Virus record (IMG/VR): IMGVR_UViG_2882447294_000001
Location: 587 to 64,586 of that record
From: a virus
Taxonomy: Duplodnaviria; Caudoviricetes
Direction: 5' to 3' (one strand)
Length of the DNA: 64,000 nt
The notes under the pieces were generated by a model, which saw nothing but the letters and a program-made list of their open reading frames with translations, was not told the DNA's origin and ran no database searches. Within the stretch, counting starts at the first letter, position 1; each line of letters begins with the position of its first letter. Both the position numbers and the translations under genes were made by a program. Below are positions 34,878 through 45,366 of this stretch, one piece after another.

Positions 34878-35450
34878 ATGGCAAAGCCGAAGGGCAAACG
34901 CTACGACTGGGAAGCGATCGAGGCGGACTATCGCACCGGACGCTTTTCGCTCCAGCAGCTCGCCGACAAGCACGGGCCGAGCAAGACGCAGGTTGCGAGA
35001 CGGGCCCGGGAAGAGGGCTGGGAGAAGGATCTCACCCGGTCGGTCCAGCAGCGCACACGTGAGAAGCTGACGCGTCGCGAATCCGATCTACCCGACACAC
35101 CCGAATGCGAGATCGTCGAGCGCGCGGCAACCGAGAACGCAGCCGTCGTTTACGGTCATCGAGCGACGCTGGCGCACTGGCGTGGCATCAGCGAGCGCTT
35201 CGCGAAGCGCCTGACCGAGCAGCTCGATCAGGGCTACCGGACGGCGATTCTGAACGGCAATCTCGTCGAGCTTGATCTCGATCTCGAGTACATCGGCAAG
35301 TGCATCAATCACGGCACTGGTGCCGTCGAGCGCGTCATCAGAATGGAGCGTACTTCATACGGCCTGGACGCTGACAACGGCGAGGAAGAGGGCAAGACGC
35401 TCCAGGAGTTGATGGGTGAGCTCAAGGAACGCGAGAACGCCGATGGCTGA
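34878..35450 (+). CDS. terS: Terminase small subunit
   Basis: 'DWEAIEADYRTG.FS..LADKHG..RRAREEGW' HTH; precedes terL. Confidence 0.88.
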   Translation: MAKPKGKRYDWEAIEADYRTGRFSLQQLADKHGPSKTQVARRAREEGWEKDLTRSVQQRTREKLTRRESDLPDTPECEIVERAATENAAVVYGHRATLAHWRGISERFAKRLTEQLDQGYRTAILNGNLVELDLDLEYIGKCINHGTGAVERVIRMERTSYGLDADNGEEEGKTLQELMGELKERENADG

Positions 35451-37044
35451 CCGTGCCCGCGAAGTGAAACGCGCGGACCGGTTCCTGCGCCTGTACCGCG
35501 AAGGAAAGCTAACGGATCGCGCCGACTTGATCTATGCGCTGTCGCTCAAGTGGTTTCGGCTCAATGCGCTGTACAAGATCAAGGACAAGAACGGGAAGGT
35601 GCGCCGGTTCCGGCCGAACATGGCGCAGCGTGAGCGGTTCATCAATGCCCATTTCTGGGACCTAATTTTGAAGGCGCGCCAGCTCGGCATGACTACATTC
35701 GAGATGATCGATGCCCTCGACGACTGCCTGTTCATCGACAACTACTCGGCAGGCTGCATCGCGCACAAGCTCGACGATGCCAAGGACATCTTCCACAACA
35801 AGATCAAGTTCGCGTACGAGAACCTCGATCCCGAGTGGCTGGCCATCTTCAAGCTGATCGGCCTGAAGCTGCCGCGCCCGGTCAACGACAAGGGTGAAGG
35901 GATCCGATTCGATAACGGGTCGAGCATCAAGGTCTCGACGTCGTATCGCGGCGGCACACTGCAGCGCCTTCATGTCAGTGAGTTCGGCAAGATCTGCCGG
36001 AAGTATCCGGACAAGGCCAAGGAGATCGTGACCGGCGCGTTCGAAGCCGTTGGCGTCGGCAACAAGATCACGATCGAGAGCACGGCGGAGGGGCGAGAGG
36101 GCTATTTCTACGATTACGCGCAGTCTGCACAGCAGCTCCAGCAGATGGGCAAGACGCCAACCGAGCTGGATTTCCAGTTCCATTTCTTCCCGTGGTGGCG
36201 TGATCCGGCCTACAGGCTGAATCCGGATGGCGTCGTCGTCCCGCAGTATCTCCGCGAATACTTCGAGCAGTTGGAGTTGAAGCACGGTATCCGCACCGAC
36301 GCTGGTCAGCAGGCCTGGTATGCGAAGAAGGCCGAGAAGCTCCAGGACGACATGAAGCGCGAATACCCGTCACTGCCGGCCGAGGCATTCGAACAGTCCG
36401 CCGAGGGCGCTTACTACCTGCAGCAGATGATGTTCCTGCGCAAGCACGGCCGTATCACCACGAAGGTGCAGCACAATCCGGCGCTGCCGGTGTTCACCGG
36501 CTGGGACCTTGGCATGGACGATCAGATGGCAATCTGGTTCGCACAGGTCGTCGGCAGGGAAATCCATCTGATCGACTACCTCGAGGATTCCGGCGAGGGC
36601 ATCGAGTACTACGCCGGCTTGCTCAACAAGAAACCCTACAACTACGGCGGCCACTTCGGTCCGCATGATCTGGCCGTGAAGGAGATCGGTACCGGCAAGA
36701 GTCGGGTCGATGTGGCCAAGGGCTACGGCATCAATTTCACCATCATTCCGCGCATCTCGACGATGAGCGAGGGCCGTCAGGCCGTGCGCGCATTCCTTCC
36801 CAACTGCTGGATTGCCGAGGATGCGTGCTCGCAAGGGGTGGATTGCCTCGACAATTACCGCAGGGAGTGGGACGACAAGCTTGGCGTCTACAAGGACAAG
36901 CCACGGCACGACTGGGCATCTCACGGTGCCAAGGCGTTCGAGACACTGGCGCGCTCCGACATTCTCGACCGTTCGGGCATCGGGGGTGGGTTTAACGCCC
37001 CGAGAAGTGACCAAAATCGTAGAAGCTGGGGAGCATTCACGTGA
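35443..37044 (+). CDS. terL: Terminase large subunit
   Basis: 'LKARQLGMTT', 'LHVSE', 'ESTAEG', 'WDLG', 'HDWASHGA'. Confidence 0.94.
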   Translation: MADRAREVKRADRFLRLYREGKLTDRADLIYALSLKWFRLNALYKIKDKNGKVRRFRPNMAQRERFINAHFWDLILKARQLGMTTFEMIDALDDCLFIDNYSAGCIAHKLDDAKDIFHNKIKFAYENLDPEWLAIFKLIGLKLPRPVNDKGEGIRFDNGSSIKVSTSYRGGTLQRLHVSEFGKICRKYPDKAKEIVTGAFEAVGVGNKITIESTAEGREGYFYDYAQSAQQLQQMGKTPTELDFQFHFFPWWRDPAYRLNPDGVVVPQYLREYFEQLELKHGIRTDAGQQAWYAKKAEKLQDDMKREYPSLPAEAFEQSAEGAYYLQQMMFLRKHGRITTKVQHNPALPVFTGWDLGMDDQMAIWFAQVVGREIHLIDYLEDSGEGIEYYAGLLNKKPYNYGGHFGPHDLAVKEIGTGKSRVDVAKGYGINFTIIPRISTMSEGRQAVRAFLPNCWIAEDACSQGVDCLDNYRREWDDKLGVYKDKPRHDWASHGAKAFETLARSDILDRSGIGGGFNAPRSDQNRRSWGAFT

Positions 37045-37448
37045 AGGAAGACATCGAGATCGTTGGCCGGATCGATACCGGCACCATCGACCGTGACAAA
37101 CGAGAAGCTGCCCGGGTGGCCGCCTATGTCGCGCCTTACCTGCAAGACATTGCCGTCGCACATCCCGACATCCGCAAGGACATCGGCAACGTGCAAGTCG
37201 ATTTCGGCTATGCGCACTGGGGCGCGACGAAACACGACCCGATCTGCCGGTTGACGTTCCGGCTCCCGCACAATCTCGGCGCCGACATGAACATCAAGCT
37301 CGCCGATTTCCGCGCCGACCCCGCGGGCTATACCCGCGATTTACTCGACCATCTCGGGCCGATGTTCCGAAACGTGCAGCGCCTGCGCGTGAAGAAGCAA
37401 GCCGCCACGGATGCCATCTATCGGGCAATGGGAGCGAAACATGGCTGA
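37041..37448 (+). CDS. Hypothetical protein between terL and portal
   Basis: Coupled GTGA start with GGAG RBS. Confidence 0.65.
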   Translation: MKEDIEIVGRIDTGTIDRDKREAARVAAYVAPYLQDIAVAHPDIRKDIGNVQVDFGYAHWGATKHDPICRLTFRLPHNLGADMNIKLADFRADPAGYTRDLLDHLGPMFRNVQRLRVKKQAATDAIYRAMGAKHG

Positions 37449-39741
37449 ACGCCAGTCGCTAGGGCTTCTTCAGTACCGCAGCAGTGCCGACATGCTCGCC
37501 GACGAGCAGGACGCCGAACGGCAGCGCCAAGAGGAGGAGCGTCGTCGCCGCGACATCGTCGAGCAATCGCTTTCCGGCCACATCCGCAAGTCGTGGGAAA
37601 ACGCCAAGATGGCGAAGAATGAAGTCGAGCAGCGCATGCTCGACTGCCTGCGCCGCAGGAAGGGCGAATACGACAAGACGAAGCTGGCCCAGATTCGGAA
37701 TGAGGGCGGTTCCGAGATCTACATGATGCTGACCGCCACCAAGTGCCGGGCAGCCAGCGCGTGGATTCGCGACATTCTCATGCCGGCGCATGAGCGGCCG
37801 TGGGGTCTGGAGCCCACGCCTGTCGCCGACATTCCGGCGCCGTACATGCAGCGCCTGCAAATGCAGGTCATGCAGCAGATCCAGCAGATGGTGGCGAACG
37901 GCCAGCAGGTCGACCCCCAGCAGCAACTGGCCATGCTCGAGGACGCCAAGGATCAGTTGCGATCACACGTCCAGAAAATTGCCAGGAAAGCGGCCGATCG
38001 CCATGAAGACTTGATCGACGACCAGTTGACCGAGGGCGGCTGGCTGGAAGCGTTGGAAGGATTCGTCGACGACTTCACCACCTACCCGGGCGCCATTCTC
38101 AAAGGGCCGATGATGCGTCGCGTGCCGACCTTGGCCTGGGGTGAGGGCTGGCAGCCGATCCAGACTACGGAGGTGCGCCCCGAGTTCGAACGCGTCTCGC
38201 CATTCGATCTCTACCCGTCGCCGGATAGCGTGAACTGCGACGACGGTGCCTATCTGATCGAGCGCATCCGCTACACGCGTGCGCATCTCAACCAGTTGCG
38301 CGGTGTGCGCGGTTACAGCGACGACGCTCTGGAGAAGGTGTTGCGCGACTACGGCCAGGGCGGGCTGCGCGACTGGCTGTGGACCGACGGTGAACGTCAA
38401 CAGCTCGAAGGCCGTGGCCACGAGTGGCTGAGTAACAGTGAGACCATCGACGGCCTGCAGTATTGGGGCAGTGCACAGGGCCTTTCATTGTTGCAGTGGG
38501 GCATGGACCCTGACGCCATCGACCCGCTCGCCGAGTACGAGGTCGAGGCGATCCTGATCGGCCAGCACGTTATTCGGTGCGTCATCAATCGCGATCCGTT
38601 GGGCAGTCGGCCCTATCACAAGGCCAGTTATCAGCCGGTGCCGGGATCGTTCTGGGGACAGGCCATCGCCGAGCTCATGGCCGATATTCAGGACACGTGC
38701 AACGCCACGGCCCGGAGCCTGATCAACAACCTGTCGATTTCCTCCGGGCCGCAGGTCGACGTCAATATCGACCGAATACAAGCCGGCGAGGATATCTCGC
38801 AGTTCTATCCGTGGAAAATCTGGAAGACCAAGTCATCGCTGGTCAACAACGATCCGGCCGTTCGATTCTTCCAGCCGAACTCGAACGCCGCTGAATTGAT
38901 GGGCGTTTACGAGAAGTTCGAGACCAAGGCCGACGACGCTACCAACATCCCGCGCTACACCTACGGCAACGAGAAAGTCGGCGGCGCCGGCAATACGGCG
39001 TCGGGGCTGTCGATGCTGATGGAGAGCGCGAACAAAGGCATCAAGGATTCCGTTAGGCACATCGATCGCGGCGTCATTCGCCGCGTCATAGAGGCGCTGT
39101 GGCTGTTCAACATGCAGTACAGCAACGACCAGAGCATCAAGGGCGACTGCAAGGCCGTACCGCGTGGATCGTCGGCGATGTTGCAGCGCGAGCAAGTGCA
39201 GATGCTGCGCCAGCAGTTCCTGCAGATGACCGGCAATCCCGTCGACATGGGCATTATCGGTACCGCCGGCCGCGCCAAGCTGCTGCGCGCCATTGCCGAG
39301 CAGCTCGACATGCCGGACCTGGTGCCGGATGACCGAGCCGTAGAGAGCCAGACGGCCCAGCAGCAGAAAGCCCAGCAGATGCTCAACCAGCTCGAACAGC
39401 AGATCAAGCAGGCCGAGGCTCAGGAGAAAGCGGCGCGCGCCCAGGAAGCTCAGGCCGATGCCCAGCAGACCCAGATCGAGACCCAGCACGATCAGGCCAT
39501 GCTCCCGCTAGAGCAGAAAAAGATGCTGGCCGAGATTCTGAAGCTACTAGGAGATTCCCGTGGAGATCAGCACGCAGGAATGGAAGGCGTTGGCGCGTAT
39601 CCGGCAGAGCCAGGACGGGGAGGTTTTGGTGGCACTCGTCCAGCGCTACCGAGAGGAGGCGCGGGAGGCGTTGGAAACGGCCCAGCCGCCGCATTTCAGC
39701 CTCCAGCAGGGTCGGGCGTCTCTGGTCCGGGATTTGGTTGA
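37441..39741 (+). CDS. Podovirus-type portal protein
   Basis: Position and size; 'FWGQAI..D.Q..N..R..NN', 'TASGLSML'; Q-rich barrel-like tail. Confidence 0.88.
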   Translation: MAERQSLGLLQYRSSADMLADEQDAERQRQEEERRRRDIVEQSLSGHIRKSWENAKMAKNEVEQRMLDCLRRRKGEYDKTKLAQIRNEGGSEIYMMLTATKCRAASAWIRDILMPAHERPWGLEPTPVADIPAPYMQRLQMQVMQQIQQMVANGQQVDPQQQLAMLEDAKDQLRSHVQKIARKAADRHEDLIDDQLTEGGWLEALEGFVDDFTTYPGAILKGPMMRRVPTLAWGEGWQPIQTTEVRPEFERVSPFDLYPSPDSVNCDDGAYLIERIRYTRAHLNQLRGVRGYSDDALEKVLRDYGQGGLRDWLWTDGERQQLEGRGHEWLSNSETIDGLQYWGSAQGLSLLQWGMDPDAIDPLAEYEVEAILIGQHVIRCVINRDPLGSRPYHKASYQPVPGSFWGQAIAELMADIQDTCNATARSLINNLSISSGPQVDVNIDRIQAGEDISQFYPWKIWKTKSSLVNNDPAVRFFQPNSNAAELMGVYEKFETKADDATNIPRYTYGNEKVGGAGNTASGLSMLMESANKGIKDSVRHIDRGVIRRVIEALWLFNMQYSNDQSIKGDCKAVPRGSSAMLQREQVQMLRQQFLQMTGNPVDMGIIGTAGRAKLLRAIAEQLDMPDLVPDDRAVESQTAQQQKAQQMLNQLEQQIKQAEAQEKAARAQEAQADAQQTQIETQHDQAMLPLEQKKMLAEILKLLGDSRGDQHAGMEGVGAYPAEPGRGGFGGTRPALPRGGAGGVGNGPAAAFQPPAGSGVSGPGFG

Positions 39742-39781
39742 TATTCTTGATCGTGCGCCGGGCGTTGCCCGGGAGCGCTGA
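39560..39781 (+). CDS. Small head-assembly protein overlapping the portal 3' end
   Basis: AGGAG RBS; 'QGRASLVRDLVDIL'; overlapped portal frame is a Gly/Pro low-complexity tail. Confidence 0.7.
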   Translation: MEISTQEWKALARIRQSQDGEVLVALVQRYREEAREALETAQPPHFSLQQGRASLVRDLVDILDRAPGVARER

Positions 39782-39909
39782 CCAGGCTCAAGCCGCTTCG
39801 CCGAGGCGGCTTCGGCGTGGGGCAGCTCGGACGTGAAGGCCAACACGGCCGAACTCTGACCCATAACCGTGAACTCCGGCAATGCCGGCTCACTTTGAAG
39901 GAACCAGAA

Positions 39910-40884
39910 ATGACGCTACCGCAACGAGTCCGGGAACAAGCCGATGCCGCTGCCCGCCATTACGAACAACTCGGGAACACCGACAACGACACCGCGCAGG
40001 CCGGCGGCGACGTTCCGGCTCCCGGTGATGTGAATAATGACGACAACGGCCAGGACTCCGGCGATGACGCGCAACGTGATGGCGAAGATCGCCGCGCGGA
40101 ACACCAGCCCGAGACGGAACAGGGTGCCGCCTACTGGCAGCATCGCTTCAACGTCAGCGAGGGCCGGCTCCGTAGCGTGACCGATGAGAATCGGACACTG
40201 AAAGAGACGATCAAGCAGCACGAAGGCCGCATCGCAGAGCTCGAGCGATCCGGTGGTCAGCAATCGGGAAATCTAACGCCCGGAGAAGTGACCAAACTGG
40301 AGAAGCTCCGGGAGGAATACGGCTCCGACCTGGTCGACGCGATAACGCAATTGGTGGAGCACAAGTTGCCGAAGGGCAATGCCAACGACGAGCGTGTCGA
40401 GCGACTCGAGCAGCAACTGCAGCAGAACCGGCAGGATCAGCAAGACGACCTCGAAGCTCGTTTCTGGCAGCGCCTGCATCAGCTTGTGCCCAACCTGCAA
40501 GAGATCAACGCCGACCAGGGGTTCCTGGACTGGCTTGCCGGTATCGACCGTTTCGCTGGCGTGCCGCGCCAGCAGTTGCTGGAAGATGCGCGGACCAAGC
40601 TCGATGCCGAGCGAGTAGCAGGCATTTTTGACGCGTACTCAAGTGGCGCGCAACCCCCTGACCAAAGTGGCGGGGCCGGGTCTGGAAAGCGGGAGATTCC
40701 CGAAGAACAGATCCAGCCCCGTCAGTCTCGAAGCACCCAAACGCCTGCCGGTGCCAAAGTCTGGACGCGTGACGAAATCCAGAAGTTCTATAAGGATCGG
40801 CGGGAAGGAAGGTATTCGCGGGAAGAGGGCGAGCGTGTCGAAGCCGACATCTTTGCCGCACAGCAGCAAGGCCGCGTTCAGTAA
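39910..40884 (+). CDS. Scaffolding protein
   Basis: Acidic disordered N-terminus, coiled coil, C-terminal helices; directly before capsid. Confidence 0.8.
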   Translation: MTLPQRVREQADAAARHYEQLGNTDNDTAQAGGDVPAPGDVNNDDNGQDSGDDAQRDGEDRRAEHQPETEQGAAYWQHRFNVSEGRLRSVTDENRTLKETIKQHEGRIAELERSGGQQSGNLTPGEVTKLEKLREEYGSDLVDAITQLVEHKLPKGNANDERVERLEQQLQQNRQDQQDDLEARFWQRLHQLVPNLQEINADQGFLDWLAGIDRFAGVPRQQLLEDARTKLDAERVAGIFDAYSSGAQPPDQSGGAGSGKREIPEEQIQPRQSRSTQTPAGAKVWTRDEIQKFYKDRREGRYSREEGERVEADIFAAQQQGRVQ

Positions 40885-40936
40885 GGGACTGGAGCGGTAG
40901 TCACGCCGTGACGGCGTCACTGAAGGAATCGAAAAA

Positions 40937-41878
40937 ATGGCTGGTCCGACTCGTGCCGAAGGGCACCCCGACTATAGCTCCAGCTCCAGCGCTGGATTCA
41001 TCCCGGAAATCTGGTCCGGGAAGATGATCGAGAAGCTGTATGCACGCACGTGCTACGGCGAGATCGCCAACACCGACTACGAAGGCGAGATCAAGCAGAA
41101 GGGCGATACCGTCCAGATCCGCACCACGCCTTCCATCACCATCCGCGACTACGAAGTTGGCGGCGGCCTCACTTACGAGAAGCCGACCAGCGACAAGGTC
41201 GAGCTGCAAATCGACCAGGCGAAGTATTTCGCCTTCGAGGTCAACGACGTCGATGCCTATCAGGCGGACATCAAGCTGATGGACGATTGGTCCGACGACG
41301 CCGGCCAGCAGATGAAAATCCACATCGACACCAACCTGCTCGGCAAGCACTACGCCGATGCAGCGGCGGAGAATTCAGGATCTGGGGCGGGCGCCAAGTC
41401 TGGTTCCTACGACCTGGGCGAAGCCGGCGCGCCGGTGGGGATCACTCGCGACAATATTCTGGACGTTCTCGTCGACTGCGGTTCCGTGCTCGACGAACAG
41501 AACGTGCCGGAAGAAAGCCGCTACGTGATTCTGCCGGCGTGGATGAACGGCATGCTGAAGAAGTCCGACCTTCGCGATGCGAGCGTCATGGGCGACAGCA
41601 CGTCGGTTTTCCGCAACGGCAAGGTCGGGATGCTCGATCGATTTGCGGTCTTCATCTCCAACAACCTGTCGATCGTCAACGACGAAACCGCAGGCAAGCC
41701 GGCGACCAACGTCTTCTTCGGCCACAAGAAGGGCCTGACCTTCGCGTCGCAGATGACGAACATGGAGACGCTGCCGAACCCGACGGACTTCGGCAAGCTG
41801 GTTCGTGGCTTGAACGTCTTCGGCTCCAAGGTCATCGACCCGGATGCCGTTGGCCACCTCTACGCCGCGCGCGGCTAA
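40937..41878 (+). CDS. Major capsid protein
   Basis: 'FIPEIWSGK', 'DYEGEI..GDTV.I', 'LDEQNVP', 'RGLNVFG.KV'. Confidence 0.9.
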   Translation: MAGPTRAEGHPDYSSSSSAGFIPEIWSGKMIEKLYARTCYGEIANTDYEGEIKQKGDTVQIRTTPSITIRDYEVGGGLTYEKPTSDKVELQIDQAKYFAFEVNDVDAYQADIKLMDDWSDDAGQQMKIHIDTNLLGKHYADAAAENSGSGAGAKSGSYDLGEAGAPVGITRDNILDVLVDCGSVLDEQNVPEESRYVILPAWMNGMLKKSDLRDASVMGDSTSVFRNGKVGMLDRFAVFISNNLSIVNDETAGKPATNVFFGHKKGLTFASQMTNMETLPNPTDFGKLVRGLNVFGSKVIDPDAVGHLYAARG

Positions 41879-41935
41879 GTGAGCGAGGGGCGTCGCCTGG
41901 CGCCCCTTTCTTGCCTCAACACAGGAGCAAGCACC

Positions 41936-42439
41936 ATGAGCGAACTGAACCGCGAGCAGTTGGTGGAGGCCATCGAGTCCGCCGAGACCAAGGAAGAGCT
42001 CATCGCCATTGCTGGCGAAAACGGCCTCAAGATCAATAAGCAGGGTGGGCTCGAAACCGTGCGCGGCAAACTGCTAGAGGCTGTCGAGGATATGGATGAT
42101 GGGACGGAAGAGCCTGCGCCTAACACCGACCCCGACAGTGAAGCCGACGACAGCCAGGCGGATGCCGACAGCGTGGGTAATGCGGAAGAACCCGAAGCAC
42201 CGGAAGTTAGCGAATCGAAGCCGGCTGCTACTGGTGGACCGTCTAAGGCTCATACTCCCAAGACTGAGCAGTTACCCCGCAAACCCAAGATCGATCCGGC
42301 TACTAACGGCACGGAAAAGGGCGCTGCCGTAAAGGTCGAGGGCAAGCCGGCCAATCGCATGCTGACCAATACCAAAAACGGCCGCCGCTTCGTCTGGACT
42401 GCTGCGCTGGCCAAGCTGGCGCACATGCGCGAGGAGTAA
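41936..42439 (+). CDS. Hypothetical protein after capsid gene
   Basis: AGGAG RBS; small helical N-terminus plus acidic linker. Confidence 0.65.
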   Translation: MSELNREQLVEAIESAETKEELIAIAGENGLKINKQGGLETVRGKLLEAVEDMDDGTEEPAPNTDPDSEADDSQADADSVGNAEEPEAPEVSESKPAATGGPSKAHTPKTEQLPRKPKIDPATNGTEKGAAVKVEGKPANRMLTNTKNGRRFVWTAALAKLAHMREE

Positions 42440-43144
42440 GTGATGGCCGTTACGACTGTTGGCGTCATCATCAACAACGCCAAGCTTGTGCTGCAAGAAG
42501 TCACTCAGGCCGGTACGCGCTGGACCAACGAAGAGCTGATTGGTTGGCTCAATGAAGGCTATCAGGCGATCACCCAGATCAAGCCCGATGCTGCCAGTGT
42601 CAATGCGACACATGAGCTTGTGCCAGGTACTCGTCAGGAGATCCCTTCCGATGGTCTGCGCCTGATCGATGTCGTGCGCAACACCGCTGACACGAGCGAA
42701 AAGATGGGCATTTTGGTGACCACTCGTCGGGCTCTGGATACCACGCGACGCAGTTGGCACTCGGATACGCCTAGCATCGATGTTGAGCAGTACGTTTTCG
42801 ATGATCAGGACCCCACGCGGTTCTATGTCTATCCGCCGGCGACTGAAGGGGCGGAGGTCGAGATCATCTATTCGTCCGTGCCAGCGCCTCATGACGTCAG
42901 CAAGGGACTGAATGGTCTCAAGGACGATCCGATCAAACTCAACGACAGCTACGGGCCGTGTCTGACCGATTACATCCTGTATCGCGCATACAGCAAGGAC
43001 GCCGAACATGCGGCAAACCTGAACCGGGCACAGATGCACTTGCAGTCTGTGGCAACGTCGCTTGGCCAGAAAATCGAGGTGGATCGGGCAATCTCGCCCA
43101 ACGCCTACGATAACTCGTCACATCCGCAACGGACGCGGCAATGA
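42440..43144 (+). CDS. Head-tail adaptor protein
   Basis: 'RWTNEELIGWLNEG', 'FYVYPP', 'YILYRAYSKDAE'. Confidence 0.75.
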   Translation: MMAVTTVGVIINNAKLVLQEVTQAGTRWTNEELIGWLNEGYQAITQIKPDAASVNATHELVPGTRQEIPSDGLRLIDVVRNTADTSEKMGILVTTRRALDTTRRSWHSDTPSIDVEQYVFDDQDPTRFYVYPPATEGAEVEIIYSSVPAPHDVSKGLNGLKDDPIKLNDSYGPCLTDYILYRAYSKDAEHAANLNRAQMHLQSVATSLGQKIEVDRAISPNAYDNSSHPQRTRQ

Positions 43145-43686
43145 CGATCGAAGAACTGGTCGACGAGATTGTCGTCGACGTGCCGGAAGCGCCGATCATG
43201 GCAATTCGTGACGCGGCGCGTTGGGCTCAGCGAGAGTTCTGCGACGGCACCAACGTTTGGCATATCGACTCGCCAGTAACGGTCGTTGACGGCGTGGGTT
43301 CGTATGAGGGAATTGCCGATGCCGAGCCGGTGCGAGTCCTCTCTGTCAGCGACGGCGACCGCGTGCTCATTCCAGGTACCCAATACCATCAGGATGATCC
43401 GCAGTCGCTGGTGTTCGGCATTGCTGTCACGAACCCCGTGGCGGTTCTCGTTCTACGTCCCTCGCGTGGTCACGACATGCCGGCACCGCTCATCGGGCAT
43501 TGGCGCGAAGCGCTGATCGCCGGTGCGTGTCATCGATTGCTGCGCATGCCGCAGCCCTGGCGCGAGATGGAACTCTCCGAATACCACCGCCGCCGTTTCA
43601 TGTCTTTGACCGCCGATGCGCTGAAAACCACTGCGCTTGGGTATGGGAAGGGCGGTGCCAGAGTGAAGCTCCGCCGTTATCACTGA
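43141..43686 (+). CDS. Second adaptor-like virion protein
   Basis: 'AQREFC..T.VW', 'ALIAGA..RL..MP.PW'. Confidence 0.65.
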   Translation: MTIEELVDEIVVDVPEAPIMAIRDAARWAQREFCDGTNVWHIDSPVTVVDGVGSYEGIADAEPVRVLSVSDGDRVLIPGTQYHQDDPQSLVFGIAVTNPVAVLVLRPSRGHDMPAPLIGHWREALIAGACHRLLRMPQPWREMELSEYHRRRFMSLTADALKTTALGYGKGGARVKLRRYH

Positions 43687-43693
43687 GGCTGCC

Positions 43694-43891
43694 ATGACCG
43701 ACGCTGACGCCATTGCATTGCTGGAAGACGCCATCGACGAGACCGATGCCGAAATCGCTGCCGTGGAGCAGGGTTACGACGATTTGGACGATGCCCTGCG
43801 GGCGCTCGACTCGGCGCTGGGCGATGTTTCAGGGCGCCTGGCGTCGATGGAGAAACACGTACGCTACGCGAAAGATTACTTTGGGGTGTGA
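43694..43891 (+). CDS. Small acidic coiled-coil protein
   Basis: GAGG RBS; heptad pattern. Confidence 0.6.
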   Translation: MTDADAIALLEDAIDETDAEIAAVEQGYDDLDDALRALDSALGDVSGRLASMEKHVRYAKDYFGV

Positions 43892-45366
43892 GCATGGCCA
43901 CGACACTTGATCCTGCACTACAGGATAACATCGACAATCTCCAGGCACGCCATACAAAACTGGTCGATGCCGTGCGCAATTATCGGAATGGTAGTGTCGC
44001 GTCGGCTACCAATGACGTCCTGGCGGCAAAAGCCCACGCTGATGCAACTATCGACGCAAGGGAATCTGCTCTGCTTGGATTGATTCAGACCCAAACCGAT
44101 CAACCAGTGCCGTCTCTGTTGCTGGACTTCGCGAACCGGGTATACATGCAGGGAACACGCAGGCTCGAGCATGGATACGACGCATACGACCTATTGACTG
44201 TCAGCCGTTCGTCGCCGAAATGGGTCTTTGGTCCGTCGGGGAGACTCGTCGAAGTGGAGCCGAATAAACTGGCGTACGAGTACGATCCCGTCACCGGCGA
44301 GCCGCTGGGGGCGCTGATTGAAGAGGCGCGGACGAATCTGCTGTTGTGGAGTGAGGATTTTACGCAGGCGGATTGGAGTAAACGCAATTCATCTATCGAA
44401 ACCGGCGATGCCAGTTCCCCTGCCGGTGGTGCGGCCCAAGCAGTCATCGACGGCGCGAATGTGGCACAGCTTAGGCAAACCAAATTTAATATTGCCACAG
44501 GGATATATACTTTCACCCTCTTCTTTAAGAAGAAAGATCACGATTTTGGTTGGATACGAATTCAAGATGTAGATTTCAATGCACTACAGTTATACTTCAA
44601 CCTAGACACTTTGGAAATTAGCTATATATCACCTAGCGGATTCACGAATACTGCGCTGACTCGCTTATCTGACGGATGGATCAAGCTCACTGTGAATGTC
44701 GAGGTTGGCTTGGGCGATGAAGTGCGTATCTACGCAGGGGGCACCAATTCGGTAGCATTCAATACATGGCTAAGTGATGGGGATGGTGTGTCCGGTACGT
44801 ATATTTGGGGTGCCCAACTCGAAGAAGGATCATCGCCCAGCTCATACATCCCCACGCAAGACGCCCCGGTAACCCGTGCGGCGGACACTAACTATCGCGA
44901 TCTCGGAAATGAGTTAAATAAATCAGGGTTCACTCAGCTTGTCCGCTTTTATATGGCACCGGGCGAGGCTATGCCCGGGGGCGGCGTGTTTACTATCTCG
45001 ACCGCAGATTCGTCATTTGGCAACTATGCAGCAAAGTCTGGGCTACGGGTGACCGGCGGACGCAATCTCAGCGCCGAGGTGTACTCGGATGGCGGGGCGA
45101 CCGTCGTATCGCGTAATGCAGACCAAATGAGCGTCGTCGATGGCATCAACACAGCAGCGATTGCTGTAGACGCGGCAAGCGGAGTTGTTCGATTCGCGAT
45201 CAACGGGCAAGTCGCCGAGACAACGACTGACCCGTTTACGATGTCCGAACTGACCCGGTTCTGGCTCGATCACTCCGGCGCCGAGCGACCCTTTAAACGT
45301 TATCTGTATGCGACGTTATTAACGCACGCTCTCTCCGCCGCTGAACTTGAGGAGATCACAGCATGA
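43888..45366 (+). CDS. Fibre/spike protein with beta-rich carbohydrate-binding-like domains
   Basis: 'GALIEEARTNLLLWSEDF', 'WGAQLEEG..PSSYIPT..VTRAAD'. Confidence 0.8.
   Translation: MSMATTLDPALQDNIDNLQARHTKLVDAVRNYRNGSVASATNDVLAAKAHADATIDARESALLGLIQTQTDQPVPSLLLDFANRVYMQGTRRLEHGYDAYDLLTVSRSSPKWVFGPSGRLVEVEPNKLAYEYDPVTGEPLGALIEEARTNLLLWSEDFTQADWSKRNSSIETGDASSPAGGAAQAVIDGANVAQLRQTKFNIATGIYTFTLFFKKKDHDFGWIRIQDVDFNALQLYFNLDTLEISYISPSGFTNTALTRLSDGWIKLTVNVEVGLGDEVRIYAGGTNSVAFNTWLSDGDGVSGTYIWGAQLEEGSSPSSYIPTQDAPVTRAADTNYRDLGNELNKSGFTQLVRFYMAPGEAMPGGGVFTISTADSSFGNYAAKSGLRVTGGRNLSAEVYSDGGATVVSRNADQMSVVDGINTAAIAVDAASGVVRFAINGQVAETTTDPFTMSELTRFWLDHSGAERPFKRYLYATLLTHALSAAELEEITA

Noticed and set aside
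41050-42039. 329-aa alternative-frame ORF over the capsid gene, or a capsid frameshift extension
   Set aside because: Arg-rich composition typical of an off-frame read; codon bias stays with the capsid frame and no slippery site was seen near the stop.
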